Part shown: positions 15,529 through 28,031 of the stretch, piece after piece | Layout: each line of letters opens with the position of its first letter | Position numbering within the stretch: position 1 is the stretch's first letter | Origin: Phyllobates terribilis | Lineage: Eukaryota | DNA: 64,000 bases | Direction of reading: 5' to 3' | NCBI RefSeq assembly: GCF_046119375.1 | Contig: NW_027362765.1 | Coordinates: 90,830,001-90,894,000, forward strand | Translations under genes and position numbers: made by a program | The notes under the pieces: model-generated | What the model saw: the letters and a program-made list of their open reading frames with translations, nothing else | The model's database searches: none | Told to the model about the DNA's origin: nothing

Positions 15529-15702
15529 CAACCCCTGGCAAAAATTATGGAATCACCAGGCTCAGAGGATGTTCATTCAGTTGTTTAATGTTGTTGAAAA
15601 AAAGCAGATCACAGATATCTGATCTGTTTTTTTTCAACAACATTAAACAACTGAATGAACATCCTCCGAGCCTGATGTTTCCATAATTTTTGCCAGGGGT
15701 TG
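15529..15702. mobile_element. Tc1-derived palindromic MITE (174 bp)
   Basis: TIRs CAACCCCTGGCAAAAATTATGGAA; TA TSD on both sides. Confidence 0.9.
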
Positions 15703-15871
15703 TACATCAATTTGATAACTATTTTTAGTAAAAAATTGTGAAAACTTAAATCCTAAGTTGCGCATTGTAGTGTGGCTCTGTCCGAGATTGTCTAAATAGG
15801 TCTTCCACAGACATGCTTTGCAGTCCCACTATCAGGTCCAATGGTAGCTCTGGCCTTCCCACTTTAACCTC

Positions 15872-16319
15872 TGTATAGGATTGTGGGCTTACACAGGGAC
15901 TCTAGTTTGAGTCTTTGAAGTAGGTGCTGGCTGGTGGTGCTGGCTGGCAGGCATGGTCAGGTAGCTGGGTTAGAACCAGGAGGTATGGATAGAGACAAAA
16001 TAATCAGACAGATGAATGGTCAGTAAATAAGCTGAGGTCTGAAGAATATCCATTAGAATCACAAGAGCTGGGAATAATATGCGTTAACCAGAGCTAGTAT
16101 AAATTGTAACTGGCAGCCAACTGTCAGAGGTTTAAATAGGAAGGCCACCCATGGCCCCATCAGATTAATGAGCTCACTGAAGAAAAACAGGAAAACTGGT
16201 GGGAGGGACACAAGTGCCAACAGAACTAGGGTCCAACAGAAACACGTCAACATTGCCCAGCAGCAATCATGGTGCCATGCTTTCCAGAGGCAGAGGTTGC
16301 AGGAGCCTGTCCAGACACA
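15872..16319 (-). mobile_element. Possible decayed solo LTR
   Basis: TGT...ACA bounds, TTTAAATA box and G-rich short repeats resembling LTR U5 arrays; no TSD found. Confidence 0.3.
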
Positions 16320-17009
16320 GATATTATAGATATGCGGTATGTGGAACATTGATATACCCATAGTGAATATTAAAATAGGGCCCTCTTCTGTAACTGGTTC
16401 ATAAGAACACAGACCACTTATCCAGAGAATAAAGGGTCCAATACACATCTTCCAATCACTATAATTGGCCTTCCTCCTTATTTGTTAATAGTGCAGTTTA
16501 AAGGTTTCCATCGAGAATGTTTTTAGTTTCAAAACATCCATTAGTAAAAAGGGTGCTGCTAACCTTGTGGATTCCCTTGATATACTAGCTGAGGGACATG
16601 ACTTGGGGGCCTGCATGACTCTTGTCCCGGAGTCGTATGTAGTTGAAGAAAGTGCAGGATGAAGGTGTCTGGAGATCCACCATTCTACATCCACTGCTGT
16701 GTTTCTTACAAGCCTAGGCAAATTGCCTCTTCAGAAAGGAAGAGGATAGGAACTCTAGTGCCACCTATTAGTAGAAATAGCGCACCTAGAAGTCACCTAG
16801 AAGTCAATATCGACCCTTTAGAGAGTTTTGCCACATGACTTAGGATAAAAGCTAAAACAGAATCTCAATTTGCAGACATGTGTTTCAGGAAGTTGCCCCT
16901 CTTCAGTGCAAAGCACGAGATCTGATCAAGCTGAAGCTTAACCCTGGCAACACCTCTGTTGTAGTGGACAAAAAAGAGAGTTGGAGGGAGTCTGAAGAGA
17001 GGCTGTATC

Positions 17010-17608
17010 TAGTGATGGGCGAACCTCAACAGTAAACTTCGGGGTCCGTACCGAACACCTACTGTTCGGGCACGGACCCCGAACACGGACTTCCTCAGGA
17101 AGTCCATGTTACCGTTTGAGTTCGGGTGTTTCCCGCGCTGTCATCTGCATGACAGTGCAAGAAACATGGGCTCTGATCGGCAATAACATCGTTACCGCGG
17201 TCGGAACGCTGTGGGATCATGATGTCAGATGTCAGCATGATTCCACAGCTGTGATAGTGACCCGCGGTAAAAAGCTTACTGCGGGGCATAGATGCTGGCT
17301 GATAGGACTACTACCACCATCAGCCGGCGCCTGCTGTTATTGGAAACAGCGAGCATAGGCGCCGCTGGATGGGAGCAGTATTAATAAAAAAGAAAAAAAA
17401 AGAAAACACATTTTACTCACCTACACCTTGTCCTTGATGCCCTTGTCCCCTACAAAAAATAAAAAAAACACCATATACTCACCTTACACCTTTTTCTCAC
17501 ACAGCAGTAGTGCTGTAAGTGAGGTCACATGAGTTCATCAGCTGATGAACTCGTGTGACCTCTCTGCCAGCAGCTCAGACTGTAAACTGACACAGAAGTG
17601 ATTACACT
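17010..17608. mobile_element. Left end of a non-autonomous hAT element, cut off by the Gmr1-like insertion
   Basis: TAGTGATGGGCGAAC terminus, subterminal TTCGG/CCGAA motifs, internal palindrome ~17150-17350. Confidence 0.7.
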
Positions 17609-18072
17609 GGTTGGTAGCTTCGGTGATGTAAAATCGTGAAAGCATGCTCCAGCACGTTTAGTGCTGAGAGGGTTAATAGGGCATGTCAGGGCCGATTTTT
17701 ACGAGCAGTCATGAGAGTTGGGCGGGATTGGCTGCTCACATATCCCCACCCCAGAGCCTGTGTATAAAATGGAGACCGAGTGTCTCATTCAGTGTCTGTG
17801 GCTGGAGGTGTAGAGATCTTCAGCGTGTCTGTGCTTCAGGACACTGACTGGTAACGGGCGAACCCACAGCACTGTGTGGACTGTTTTACTTGTTTTGTTA
17901 CTTCGTGCCAGACAAGGCTGTGTTTTGATACTTTGTGCCGGACAAGGCTATGTTTCATTTACCTGGAGAGTGCGGTTTATGAAGTCCGAATAAACCCAGC
18001 TTGGACATTTTTAAAGAAACTGACTCCTGTGACTACCTTGAAAGCGGCTGAGTGAGTACCAGCCCTCTTACA
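17609..18072 (+). repeat. 5' LTR of the Gmr1-like element (first ~48 bp missing)
   Basis: Aligns to 21591-21959; ends TTACA; retains TATAAAA near 17763. Confidence 0.88.
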
Positions 18073-18179
18073 ATTAGTGCTAGAAGTGTGGGCAAGATTC
18101 CAGGAAAACGTGTACCTGCCACAGAGATCGGTGGATGTCCTGGGTAAAGGCCACCAGCCAGCCAGACAAGTCCGGCATC

Positions 18180-19200
18180 ATGGAGGAGCTACTCAAATAC
18201 CAGCTGCAAAGTCAACAAAAGTAGCACCAGCAGCACTTGCAGAGCCAGCAGAGCCTGCAACAGCAGCACCGGGAGCAACAACAGATACAGCAAGAGACTA
18301 ATAAACTCCTGATGCAGCAGATTCAGCAGCAACAACGGCAAATGGAACTTCTAGCGGGGGTAGTTTGCAGCAAAGGGGCCGCCCGTCCCTCAACCCCAGG
18401 TGATGATTCGCATGTCAGGAAGACGGTAAGAAGAGCATTGCAAAAGATGACTCAGGGTGATGACGTTGAGGCGTTCTTGACAGTCTTTGAGAGGGTGGTG
18501 GAGCGGGAGAGATTGCCTCCAGAGCAGTGGCAAAGGTGCTGGTGCCATATTTAATGGGCAAGCCGCAGAAAGCCTATTATGACTTGGCCCTTCAGGACGC
18601 AAAGGAATACGCCAAATTAAAAACAGAAATTTTGGCGCACTTGGGAGCGACTCTGACTGCCAGGGCGCAACGGGTGCACCGCTGGTCCTATTGCAGTGAC
18701 AAACCTCCCCTCCCAGATGTTCGACCTCCTGCACCTGGTTCAAAAGTGGTTGCAACCTGAATCTTCCTCCCCAGCACAAATGGTGGAAAGGGTCATCATG
18801 GACAGGTTCATCCACTCCCTTCTGAGGTTGGTGCAAGCCTGGGATGCCCAAGGAGATCCCTGTAATGCCGATGACCTGGTGGGGTTGGTGGAATGGTACC
18901 AGGCGGTGGAAAGTTTCTTGGGAAAGCCTGGAGTCATAGCGTATCCATACTGGCGTTCCCAAAAGGGGGTCGCACCTAAAAGAGGGGAACTAGAGCCACA
19001 TCTAGGGGGCGCCCTAGAGCCCAGGAGGGGTCTGAATTGCTGCCAAAGGTCCCGTCACTTAACATAGTATGTTGGAGATGTCACACCCCAGATCACATAG
19101 CCACCCAGTTCCCCATGACAACTGAGCCAATGGACTGCAGCGCAGGACTGCGTTGCTTATATTTTGCATATCCTGCCTGCAGTGCTGTCCCTCAACCAGG
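18180..19200 (+). pseudogene. gag: gag with Gln-rich coiled coil, SCAN-like capsid domain and zinc knuckle
   Basis: LQKMTQGDDVEAFLTVFERV; LLHLVQKWLQPE..SPAQMVERVIMDRFIHSL; CWRCHTPDH; split by stops and frameshifts. Confidence 0.85.
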
Positions 19201-19259
19201 TGAGGGACTGCAGGCATACCTCGTGGCGGTGAATCCGTCATATCCATGGGGACGCTAAG

Positions 19260-21490
19260 GACTACATTTTGGCCTGAGTGGTCATAGACACAAACTGTGG
19301 CACCGAATCCCATGAGGTTGGTGTAGTTAAGGACCTGTTGCACCCTGTGATAATAGGGTGGGACTTTGCTTTGTTTTGGGACTTGTGGGAGAGTGGGAGG
19401 AAGCCGGGTTGTCCGAGCAACAACCAAGTCGCCCCTGAAGAAACCTCATTGCAGGCCGCAGCCGACGAGTTTCCCTTTTGTGTGCTTGTTGGGTATGAGG
19501 ATAAGGCAGCATCCCCGGAGGTCCACATCCCTGAACTGGAGGTGTCCAGGGGAAACTTTGGACCTGCCCAGCTCAGGGACTTAACTCTAAAAGGGGCGTT
19601 TAATAATGTAACTGTTCTTAATGGTGTTGCTCAAGAGCCGGGGGCTGACGCCCAATATCCGCACTATGCCATAAATGGAGAGTTACTATATCGGGTCACC
19701 AAGCTCAGAGGGGAGGTAACTGAGCAATTGCTAATCCCAGGGCCATACAGACGCAGGGTGTTACATATGGCCCATGCACATGTCTTGGGTGGTCATCTGG
19801 GGTAGAAAAAACCCAGGAAAGGATCCTCCAGAGGTTCTAGTGGCCCGGGTGTCACAGAGAGATCATGAGACACTTCAACCCTGGAGATTGGCTACTGGTG
19901 CTGGTGCCTACAGTGGAGAGCAAATTCCTGGCTAAGTGGCAAGAGCACCAAAAGTGATAGTAGTGGAAAAGGTGGGCAATGTCAATTATAAAATTCACCA
20001 ACCAGGGAGGAGAAATCCCTACCAGGTGTACCACGTCAACCTGATCAAGCCATGGCGAGATAGGGAGCCCGTGGTAGCTCGTGTTTGGTGGCGAAGTCTG
20101 AAACCAATGTGGAAGAGGTTAAGGTGGCTGAGTCTCTGTCACGTGCCCAAAAGCAACAGTGCTGAGAGTTTCTGCAGCGGAACATGGACCTGTTCTCCAA
20201 ACTATCAGGTTGTACCCAGATCATAGAGTATGAGGTCCCTACAGAGCCCCATGTCCGGGTAATCCTGAAGCCGTATCGGATTCCCAAAGCCTGCCGAGAG
20301 GTAATCTCGAAAGAAGTGAAGCGGATGCTAAGTCTGGGAGTCAATGAAGAATCCAAGAGTAGCTGGTCCAGTCCCATAGTTTTAGTGCCGAAACCAGATG
20401 GAGAATGGCGGTTTTGCAATGACTATAGGAAACTAAATGAGGTCTCTAAGTTCGATTCGTACCCAATGCCCAGGGTAGGTGAACTAATTGAAAGGTTTGG
20501 GCCGGCCAGGTACATTACCACCCTTGACCTCACAAAAGGATATTGGCAAATTCCGATGGCCCAAGATGCCAAGGAGAAGACAGCCTTTCAACTCCAGATG
20601 GATGCCTCCGGTACACCAAGATGCCGATTGGGTTGCAGGGAGCTTCAGCTATCTTCCAGGAAGCCATGGACTGGATCCTAGATCCCCACAAGGAGTATGC
20701 AGCGGCCTACCTGAATGATATTGTGATCTACAGCCAGGATTGGGGAAGCCATCTGAACAAAGTCCAGGCAATATTCGATGCTGTGCGGAAGGAGGGGTTT
20801 TCCATCAACCCAAAGAAATGTGCCATGGGCATGGAGGAAGCCAAGTATTTGGGCTATGTCGTGGACAAAGCCCCAAATAAATAAAATTGACGCGATCCAG
20901 GGTTGGCCACAACCTCTCCAAAAAAACAGATCAGAGCGTTCCTGGGCATTGTGGGCTACTACCGCCGGTTCATTCCCATTCGTCATGGTAGCCACCCCTT
21001 TGACAGACCTCCTTAAAGGGACAAAGTCGGCTATGGCTAAGTGGTCTCCAGAAGAGGAGACGGCTTTCCAGGAACTAAAGCAGGCTCTATGTAAACAGCC
21101 AGTGCTGGTGGCTCCGAATTTCTCAAAGGAGTTTGTGGTCCAGACCGATGCGTCAGATGTCGGACTGGGTGCTGTCCTATCACAAGAGGAGAATGGGGAG
21201 GAGCACCCCATAATGTATTTAAGCCGGAAGCTGACATCCTGTGACAAAAATTACTCCATAGTGGAGAGGAATCTTTGGCCATTAAGTGGGCTTTGGACAC
21301 CCTAAGGTACTACCTCTTAGGCAGGAAGTTCAAGCTTGTGTCAGACCATGCCTCACTAAGGTGGATGAGCGAGAAGAAGGAGAACAATGCTTGAGTGACC
21401 AGGTGGTTCCAAGGCCTTCAGGATTGAAGTTTCTGTGTAGAGCCTAGGTCCCAGAAACTGCATATGCTGATGCCTTGTCGAGGGTCCACT
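19260..21490 (+). pseudogene. pol: pol in PR-IN-RT-RH order; integrase catalytic core deleted
   Basis: IIGWDF (PR end); AHAHVLGGHLG (IN Zn finger) joined near 19870 to FNPGDWLLV...YHVNLIKPW (IN C-terminus); then RT (SSWSSPIVLVPK, LDLTKGYWQ, AYLNDIV) and RNase H (QTDASDVGLGAVL). Confidence 0.9.
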
Positions 21491-21542
21491 GTTTATTAGC
21501 GGAAGGTGCCAAGCCCCCCGGCTTTGGGCAGAGGGGGGTGTA

Positions 21543-21959
21543 TGTAAGATAGCCGCCGGACAGGCCCTTGACGGGAAATATGTATCACCCAGGTTGGTAG
21601 CTTCGGTGATGTAAAATCGTGAAAGCATGCTCCAGCATGTTTAGTGTTGAGAGGGTTAATAGGGCGTGTCAGGGCCGGTTTTTACGAGCAGTCATAAGAG
21701 TTGGGCGGGATTGGCTGCTCACATAGGACACTGACTGGTAGCGGGCAAACCCGCAGCACTGTATGGACAGTTTTTCTTGTTTTGTTACTTCGTGCCAGAC
21801 AAGGCTGTGTTTTGTTACTTTGTACCGGACAAGGCTATGTTTCATTTACCTGGAGAGTGCGGTTTATGAAGTCTGAATAAACCTACCTTGGACATTTTTA
21901 AAGAAACTGACTCCTGTGACTACCTTGAAAGCGGCTGAGTGAGTACCAACTCCCTTACA
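21543..21959 (+). repeat. 3' LTR of the Gmr1-like element
   Basis: TGTAAG...TTACA; lacks 96 bp present in the 5' LTR. Confidence 0.9.
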
Positions 21960-22042
21960 GCATATACAGTATCTACCTATTATCTATCTATCTGTCTATC
22001 TTTCTATTTATCCATATATCTATCTATCAATCTATATATCCA

Positions 22043-23360
22043 TACTAGCTATTGAGCCCGTTCTACGCCCGGGTGGAGGGCATTTTTATTGGTATATGGT
22101 CTCCCAAGCTGGTATGTGCTGCCCCCATCCTGGTATTTGTGCTCCCCAATCCTATTCCCCCATCCTGTAATGTGCTGCCCTCATCCCAATCTTGGTATGC
22201 ATGTCACACCTCATCCCTACCCTGGTATGCATGGCACCTCTCTCCCCCAATCCTGGTATGCATGGCACCCCTCACCCTCAATCCTGTTATGCATGGCACC
22301 CCTCACCCCCAATCCTGGTATGCATGGCACCCCTCACCACTAATCCTGGTATGCATGGCACCCCTCATCCCCAATCCTGGTATGCATGGCACCCCTCACC
22401 CCCAATCCTGGTATGCATGGTGCCCCTCATCCTGGTATGCATTGCTCCCTTATACCCAATCCTGCTATGCATGGTACCCCATCCCTCATCCCTATCCTGG
22501 TATGTATGTTACCCCTCATCCTGGTATGCATGGTACCCCTCATCCCTATACTGGTATGCATGACACCCCATCCCTCATCCTGGTTTGCATGGTACCCCTC
22601 ATCCCTATCCTGGTATGCATGGCACCCCATCCCTCATCCTGGTATGCATGGTACCCCTCATCCCTATCCTGGTATACATTGTACCCCTCATCCCTATCCT
22701 GGTATACATGGCACTCCTCATCCCTATCCTGGTATGCATGGTCCCCCAGATCCCTATCCTGGTATGCATGGTACCCCTCATCCCTATCCTGGTATGCATG
22801 GCACCCCTCATCCCAAATCTTGGTATGCATGGCACCCCTCATCCCCAATCCTGGTATGCACGGCACCTCTCATCCCCAATCCTGGTATGTATGGCACCCC
22901 TCATCCCCAATCCTGGAATGCATGGCACCCCTCATCCCCAATCCTGGTATGCAGGGCACCCCTCATCCCCAATCCTGGCTTGCATGGCAGCACTCATCCC
23001 CAATCCTGGTATGCATGGCACCCCTCATCCCCAATCCTGATTTGCATGGCACACCTCATCACCAATCCTGGTAGGCATGGCACCCCTCATCCCCGATCCT
23101 GGTATGCATGGCACCCCTCATCCCAATCCTGGTATGCATGGCACCCCATCTCTCATCCTGGTATGCATGGCCTCCTCATCCCAAATTTGATATACATGAC
23201 ACCTCTGATCCCAATCCTGGAATGTATGGCACCTCTCATCCACCAATCCTGGTATGTATGGTACCCAATCCCTCATCCTGGTATGCATGGCTTCCTCATC
23301 CCCAATCCTAGTAGGCATGGTACCCCTCATCCCCAATCCTGGTATACATGGCGCTCCTCA
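22043..23360 (+). mobile_element. Probable Helitron/Helentron-derived non-autonomous element carrying a ~30-bp minisatellite (CCCCTCATCCCCAATCCTGGTATGCATGGCA)
   Basis: Starts TACTAGCTATTGAGCCCG after a (TATC)n tract; central tandem array ~22100-23350; 3' end replaced by a hAT terminus. The array is certain, the superfamily is inferred. Confidence 0.55.
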
Positions 23361-24530
23361 TTAGTGATGAGCGAGCACTAAATTGCTCTGGTACTCATTG
23401 CTCAGGTCGAGCAAATTGGAATAATCAGGTGCTCGACCCGAGCAACGAGCCCAATGTAAGTCTATGAGAAACTCGAGCATTTTTCAGGCGGCTCCCGCCG
23501 GCGGACTGCAGAGGGCCTAAAAATTGCCTAAATCAATGGGAACAGTGCTCAAATGACATGGGAACAGCATGGGGAAGACACCTGGAACCATTTCTGACTC
23601 CCAGGTCACTGCTGTAAACAACGTTGTCAGAGTATTACGCCACTTTTAAGGACTCAGAATAAAACATACAGAAACAAAACCAAAATGGATTTTCCTGGGA
23701 AATATATTAAGGAACATCCATTCCAGGGTAATGACTTGTATATAAGGCAAAATAAATAACCAAAACCAAAAATACTCCTCCACAACTTGGGCTATGTTCA
23801 CACGTAGCGTTTTTGTTGTGTTTTTTTCACTTTTGCATTGCTTTCAACCGTGACAAATGCATTCACTAGGAAATGTCATTTTAACATTTTACAACCTTAT
23901 CTGGCCATGTGGTGTGTGACACATCATCAGACACATGCATACAGTGCTGAAAAGAAATGGGAACAGCATGGGGAAGACCTCTGGAAGCATTTCTGACTCC
24001 CAGGTCACTGCCTAAAAATGTGCCCATCATAAGTGATCCTTGGTGCATGCGAAGATGCCTCCCGCCATCACCTGTCGTTGCAGACTTGCAACAATCACCG
24101 TCCACATCCTTGTCCCAGTGCAGCGTTCAGTTGTCCCTACCCCATTCCTTGGAATGCAAGCGCAAGTATGCAGCCAGCCACCCACCCACAGGCTGCATTA
24201 CTATACTGCCAATTTTTTGACAGCTGCTTGCACTTGAAATGTGGCCTTTTAGGCTTGTGGAGGCAGAAGCTTTTCATAATCTTATGCCGGCGGCGGCCGG
24301 GTGTCCATAGTTACATAGTTACATAGTTACATAGTTTATAAGGCCGAAAAAAGACAAGCGTCCATCCAGTTCAGCCTATTTCTTGTGCACTGCAGCTATT
24401 CCGCAGCGTTGATCCAGCGGAAGGCAAAAAAAAACCATGCGGTATAGGCCAATTTACATCACTGAGGAAAAATTCACTTCCCGACTCCAATCTGGCAGTC
24501 AGATTAAATCCCTGGATTAATTAACTATCA

Positions 24531-27500
24531 CTAAGCATAAGATGTAATTTTATTGTTCTCAAGAAAGGCGTCCAGGCCTCTCTTGAACTCATTAAGTGAG
24601 TTGGGCATCACCACTTCCTCTCCCAGAGAGTTCCAGAGTCTCACGACTCTGACCATAAAGAATCCCCTTCTATGCTGGTGCAGGAACCTCCTTTCCTCCA
24701 GACGCATAGTGTGCCCCCTCGTCTTTGTCACCATCCTTGGTATAAACAGGTCATGGGAGAGATCTCTGTACTGCCCCCTGATGTATTTATACATGTTTAT
24801 GAGGTCTCCCCTAAGCCTTCTCTTTTCCAACGTAAATAGGCCTAATTTTGACAACCTCTCTGGGTATTCTAGTCCCTCCATTCCCTTTATTACCTTCAGT
24901 CGTCCGAGCGGATGAAAAAACACGCTGACAAAAAACGCCTGGATCCCCCACAATTCCGTCCTGGAGATAAAGTCTGGCTCTCGTCCAAGTATGTCCGGCT
25001 CAAGATTCCCTCCTACAAGTTAGGGCCTCGGTTCATCGGCCCACTGGAAGTTATCAAACAAATCAATCCGGTGGCCTATAAATTGAAACTCCCGGCCAAC
25101 TTACGGATCCCTAACTCCTTTCTACCCTCTCTAGCTCCAATATGTCTTTCCTGAGCACCGGAGCCCAGAACTGTGCACAATATTCTAAGTGCGGCCTTAC
25201 CAGCGCTTTATACAGAGGAAGAACAATATTCTCATCATATGCCCCTATTCCTCTTCTAATGCATGCTATGACTCTATTTGCCTTCGCAGCTGCTGCCTGA
25301 CACTGGGCATTCCAATTTAATTTGCTGTTAACCAAGACACTCAGGTCCTTCTCCATGTCAGATTTCCCCAACGGTTTCCCATTTAATATGAATGGGTGAC
25401 TGCTGTTTTTCTTTCCCATGTGCATGACCTTACATTTATCGGCATTGAACCCCATTTGCCATTTTTTGGCCCAACTCCCCAATTTATCTAAATCCTCCTG
25501 TAGCTGTGCCCTATCCTCATCTGTATTAACTACTTTACAAAGTTTAGTATCATCTGCAAATATTGCTATTTTACTATGCAACCCTTCCACTAGATCATTA
25601 ATAAATATATTAAATAATATAGGGCCCAAGACAGACCCTTGAGGTACCCCGCTAGTAACCCTGACACACCCTGAGCTTACTCCATTGATAACCACCCTCT
25701 GCTTTCTATCACTCAGCCAGCTATTTACCCACTTGCACACATTATCCCCCAGACCAAGCATTCTCATTTTATATACCAACCTTTTGTGTGGCACGGTATC
25801 AAACGCTTTGGAGAAGTCAAGGTATACAACATCCACTGACTCTCCCCGGTCCAGCTGTGAGCTCACCTCCTCGTAGAAGGCGATCAGGTTTGCTTGGCAG
25901 GAGCGATCCCTCATGAATCCATGTTGATATGGAGTTAGACAGTTATTATCATTAAGATATTCTACAATAGCATCTCTAAGAAATCCTTCAAACAATTTAC
26001 CCACAACAGACGTTAAGCTTACTGGTCTATAGTTCCCAGGGTCACTTTTAGACCCCTTTTTGAATATTGGTACCACATTTGATTGGTGCCAGTCTAGTGG
26101 GACAGTCCCTGTCCATAAAGAGTGCTTGAATATAAGATACAGCGGTCTGTCTATCACATTACTTAATTCTTTTAGTACCCGGGGGTGTATGCCATCTGGG
26201 CCTGGTGACTTGTCTATTTTGATATTATTTAGGCGTTTCTGAACTTCCTCCTGGGTTAGGTGGGTGATATTTAGCGGAGGGTTTACTTTATCACTCTGCA
26301 TTTCCTCCGATAAATTGTTTTCTTTTGTGAAAACAGTGGAGAAGAAGCTATTGAGTAGGTTTGCTTTACCCTCATCGCCCTCTATGATTTTACCCAGGTT
26401 ATTTTTCAATGGGCCAACTCCATCAGTTTTAATCCTTTTACTGTTTATATAGTTAAAGAACAGTTTGGGATTTGTTTTACTTTCCTTGGCAATTAGTCTC
26501 TCTGTCTCCTCTTTTCCTATTCTTATTTGTTTCTTACAGATTTTGTTTTTTTTCCCTATAAGATATTAGCGCTTCCTCGCTGCCTTCTTGTTTAAGTTTA
26601 CCGAAAGCCCTTTTTTTGTTTTTCATTGCCCTCTTGACTTCCTTATTTAGCCACATTGGCTTCCTCCTATTCCTAGCCCTTTTATTCCCATAAGGTATGT
26701 ACCTTCTACAGTGACTATGTAGGACTGTTTTGAAAATTTCCCATTTTCTACCCGTGCTCCTATTACTGAAGATACTATCCCAGTCTATAAGGTGAAGGGC
26801 ATCTCTTAGCTGATCAAACTTTGCCCTCCTGAAGTTCAGTGTTTTTGTGACTCCCTTGCTGGGCACCTACTGAAGCACATGTGGAATTGTATAATGTTGT
26901 GGTCACTATTTCCCAGGTGCCCCCCGACCTGCACCTCAGTTATTCTGTCTGGCCTGTTAGTTAATATTAAGTCTAAAAGGGCAGTCCCTCTAGTTGGTTC
27001 CTGCACAAGTTGTGACAAATAATTGTCTTTGATAATTGACAGAAACCTGTTTCCTTTCTGAGATCTACAGCTTTCGGTTTCCCAGTCTATATCGGGGTAG
27101 TTGAAGTCCCCCATAATAATCACCTCGTTATTCTTTGCTACTTCGTCTATTTGTCTCATTAATAGACTTTCCGTGGCTTCTGCTATATTTGGTGGTTTAT
27201 AACAGACTCCTATAATAATTTTATTATTGTTTTTTGCCCCATGTATCTCCACCCATAAGGACTCGACCTCCTCATTTCCCTCCCATACATCCTCCCGTAT
27301 TGTAGGCTTTAGACACGTCTTTACATATAGACAGACTCCACCCCCTTTCCGATTTCTTCGATCCCTTCAAAACAGACTGTAACCCTGTAAGTTAACTGCC
27401 CAGTCATAGCTTTCATCTAACCATGTCTCGGTTATTCCCACTATGTCATAGTTACCTGTAGATATTTCTGCTTCCAGTTCATCCATCTTGTTTGTCAGGC

Positions 27501-27600
27501 TTCTGGCATTTGCTAGCACGCAGTTTACACGATTTTGCTTTGTTCCAATCTTCTCCCTGTGGATTGTATTAGAAATTTTCTTACCTCCCTTCCAAGTATC
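24531..27600 (-). pseudogene. CR1 ORF2 (APE endonuclease + reverse transcriptase), frameshifted
   Basis: NARSL..K, GITETW, MGDFNYP, SDHN (APE); SPGPDG, YLDFSKAFD, GVPQGSVLGP, FADD (RT); C-terminal RGDLI..YK. Confidence 0.95.
24893..25120 (+). other. 228-bp inverted copy of Gypsy integrase C-terminus inserted in CR1 ORF2
   Basis: Reverse complement of 29440-29666 with two visible differences; CCTT microhomology at both junctions. Confidence 0.9.
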
Positions 27601-27689
27601 TTGTCTTGGACCTTCTTTGTCACACTTCATATCTTTCATTAGTATGTTCTCTGGTTTCATGTTCGTGTCCGGCGTTTTCCTTCCCATCC

Positions 27690-28031
27690 CCTCTTCCAGT
27701 TTAACGCCCTCCTGATGAGTGTTGCGAGTCTCCTGGCGAATGTGTGTTTCCCGGGTTTGTTGAGGTGTAGTCCGTCTCTGGCAAGGAGTCCGTCATAGAA
27801 AAAATTCACACCGTGGTCCAGGAATCCAAATCCTTGTTGTCTGCACCATCGTTTCAGCCAGTTGTTCACATTAAGGATCCTGTTCCCTCTCCTGACGCCA
27901 TGCCCGTCTACTGGAGGGATAGAAGAAAAAACTACCTGGGCATCCAGTTATTTTACTTTCTTCCCCAATGCTTCAAAGTCCTTGCAGATTGTCGGTAGGT
28001 CCTTCCTTGGCGTGTCATTGGTGCCAACATG
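27690..28031 (-). pseudogene. CR1 ORF1 C-terminal SGNH esterase domain
   Basis: HVGTND, NNWLKRWC and DGLHLN motifs. Confidence 0.88.

Larger units (their letters stand above)
17609..21959 (+). mobile_element. Gmr1-like Gypsy LTR retrotransposon (gag/SCAN-PR-IN-RT-RH), decayed
   Basis: Paired LTRs 17609-18072 and 21543-21959; PBS-like TTAGTGCTAGAAGTGTGGG after the 5' LTR (degenerate tRNA-Leu complement); G-rich PPT before 21543; integrase motifs lie upstream of RT. Confidence 0.9.

Noticed and set aside
16330-16960. Possible Penelope GIY-YIG tail
   Set aside because: The end resembles amphibian Penelope-like termini, but no GIY-YIG motif could be read in any frame
22052-23381. 340- and 331-aa PGMHGTPHP-type repeat ORFs
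   Set aside because: Translation of a 30-bp tandem array; not a gene
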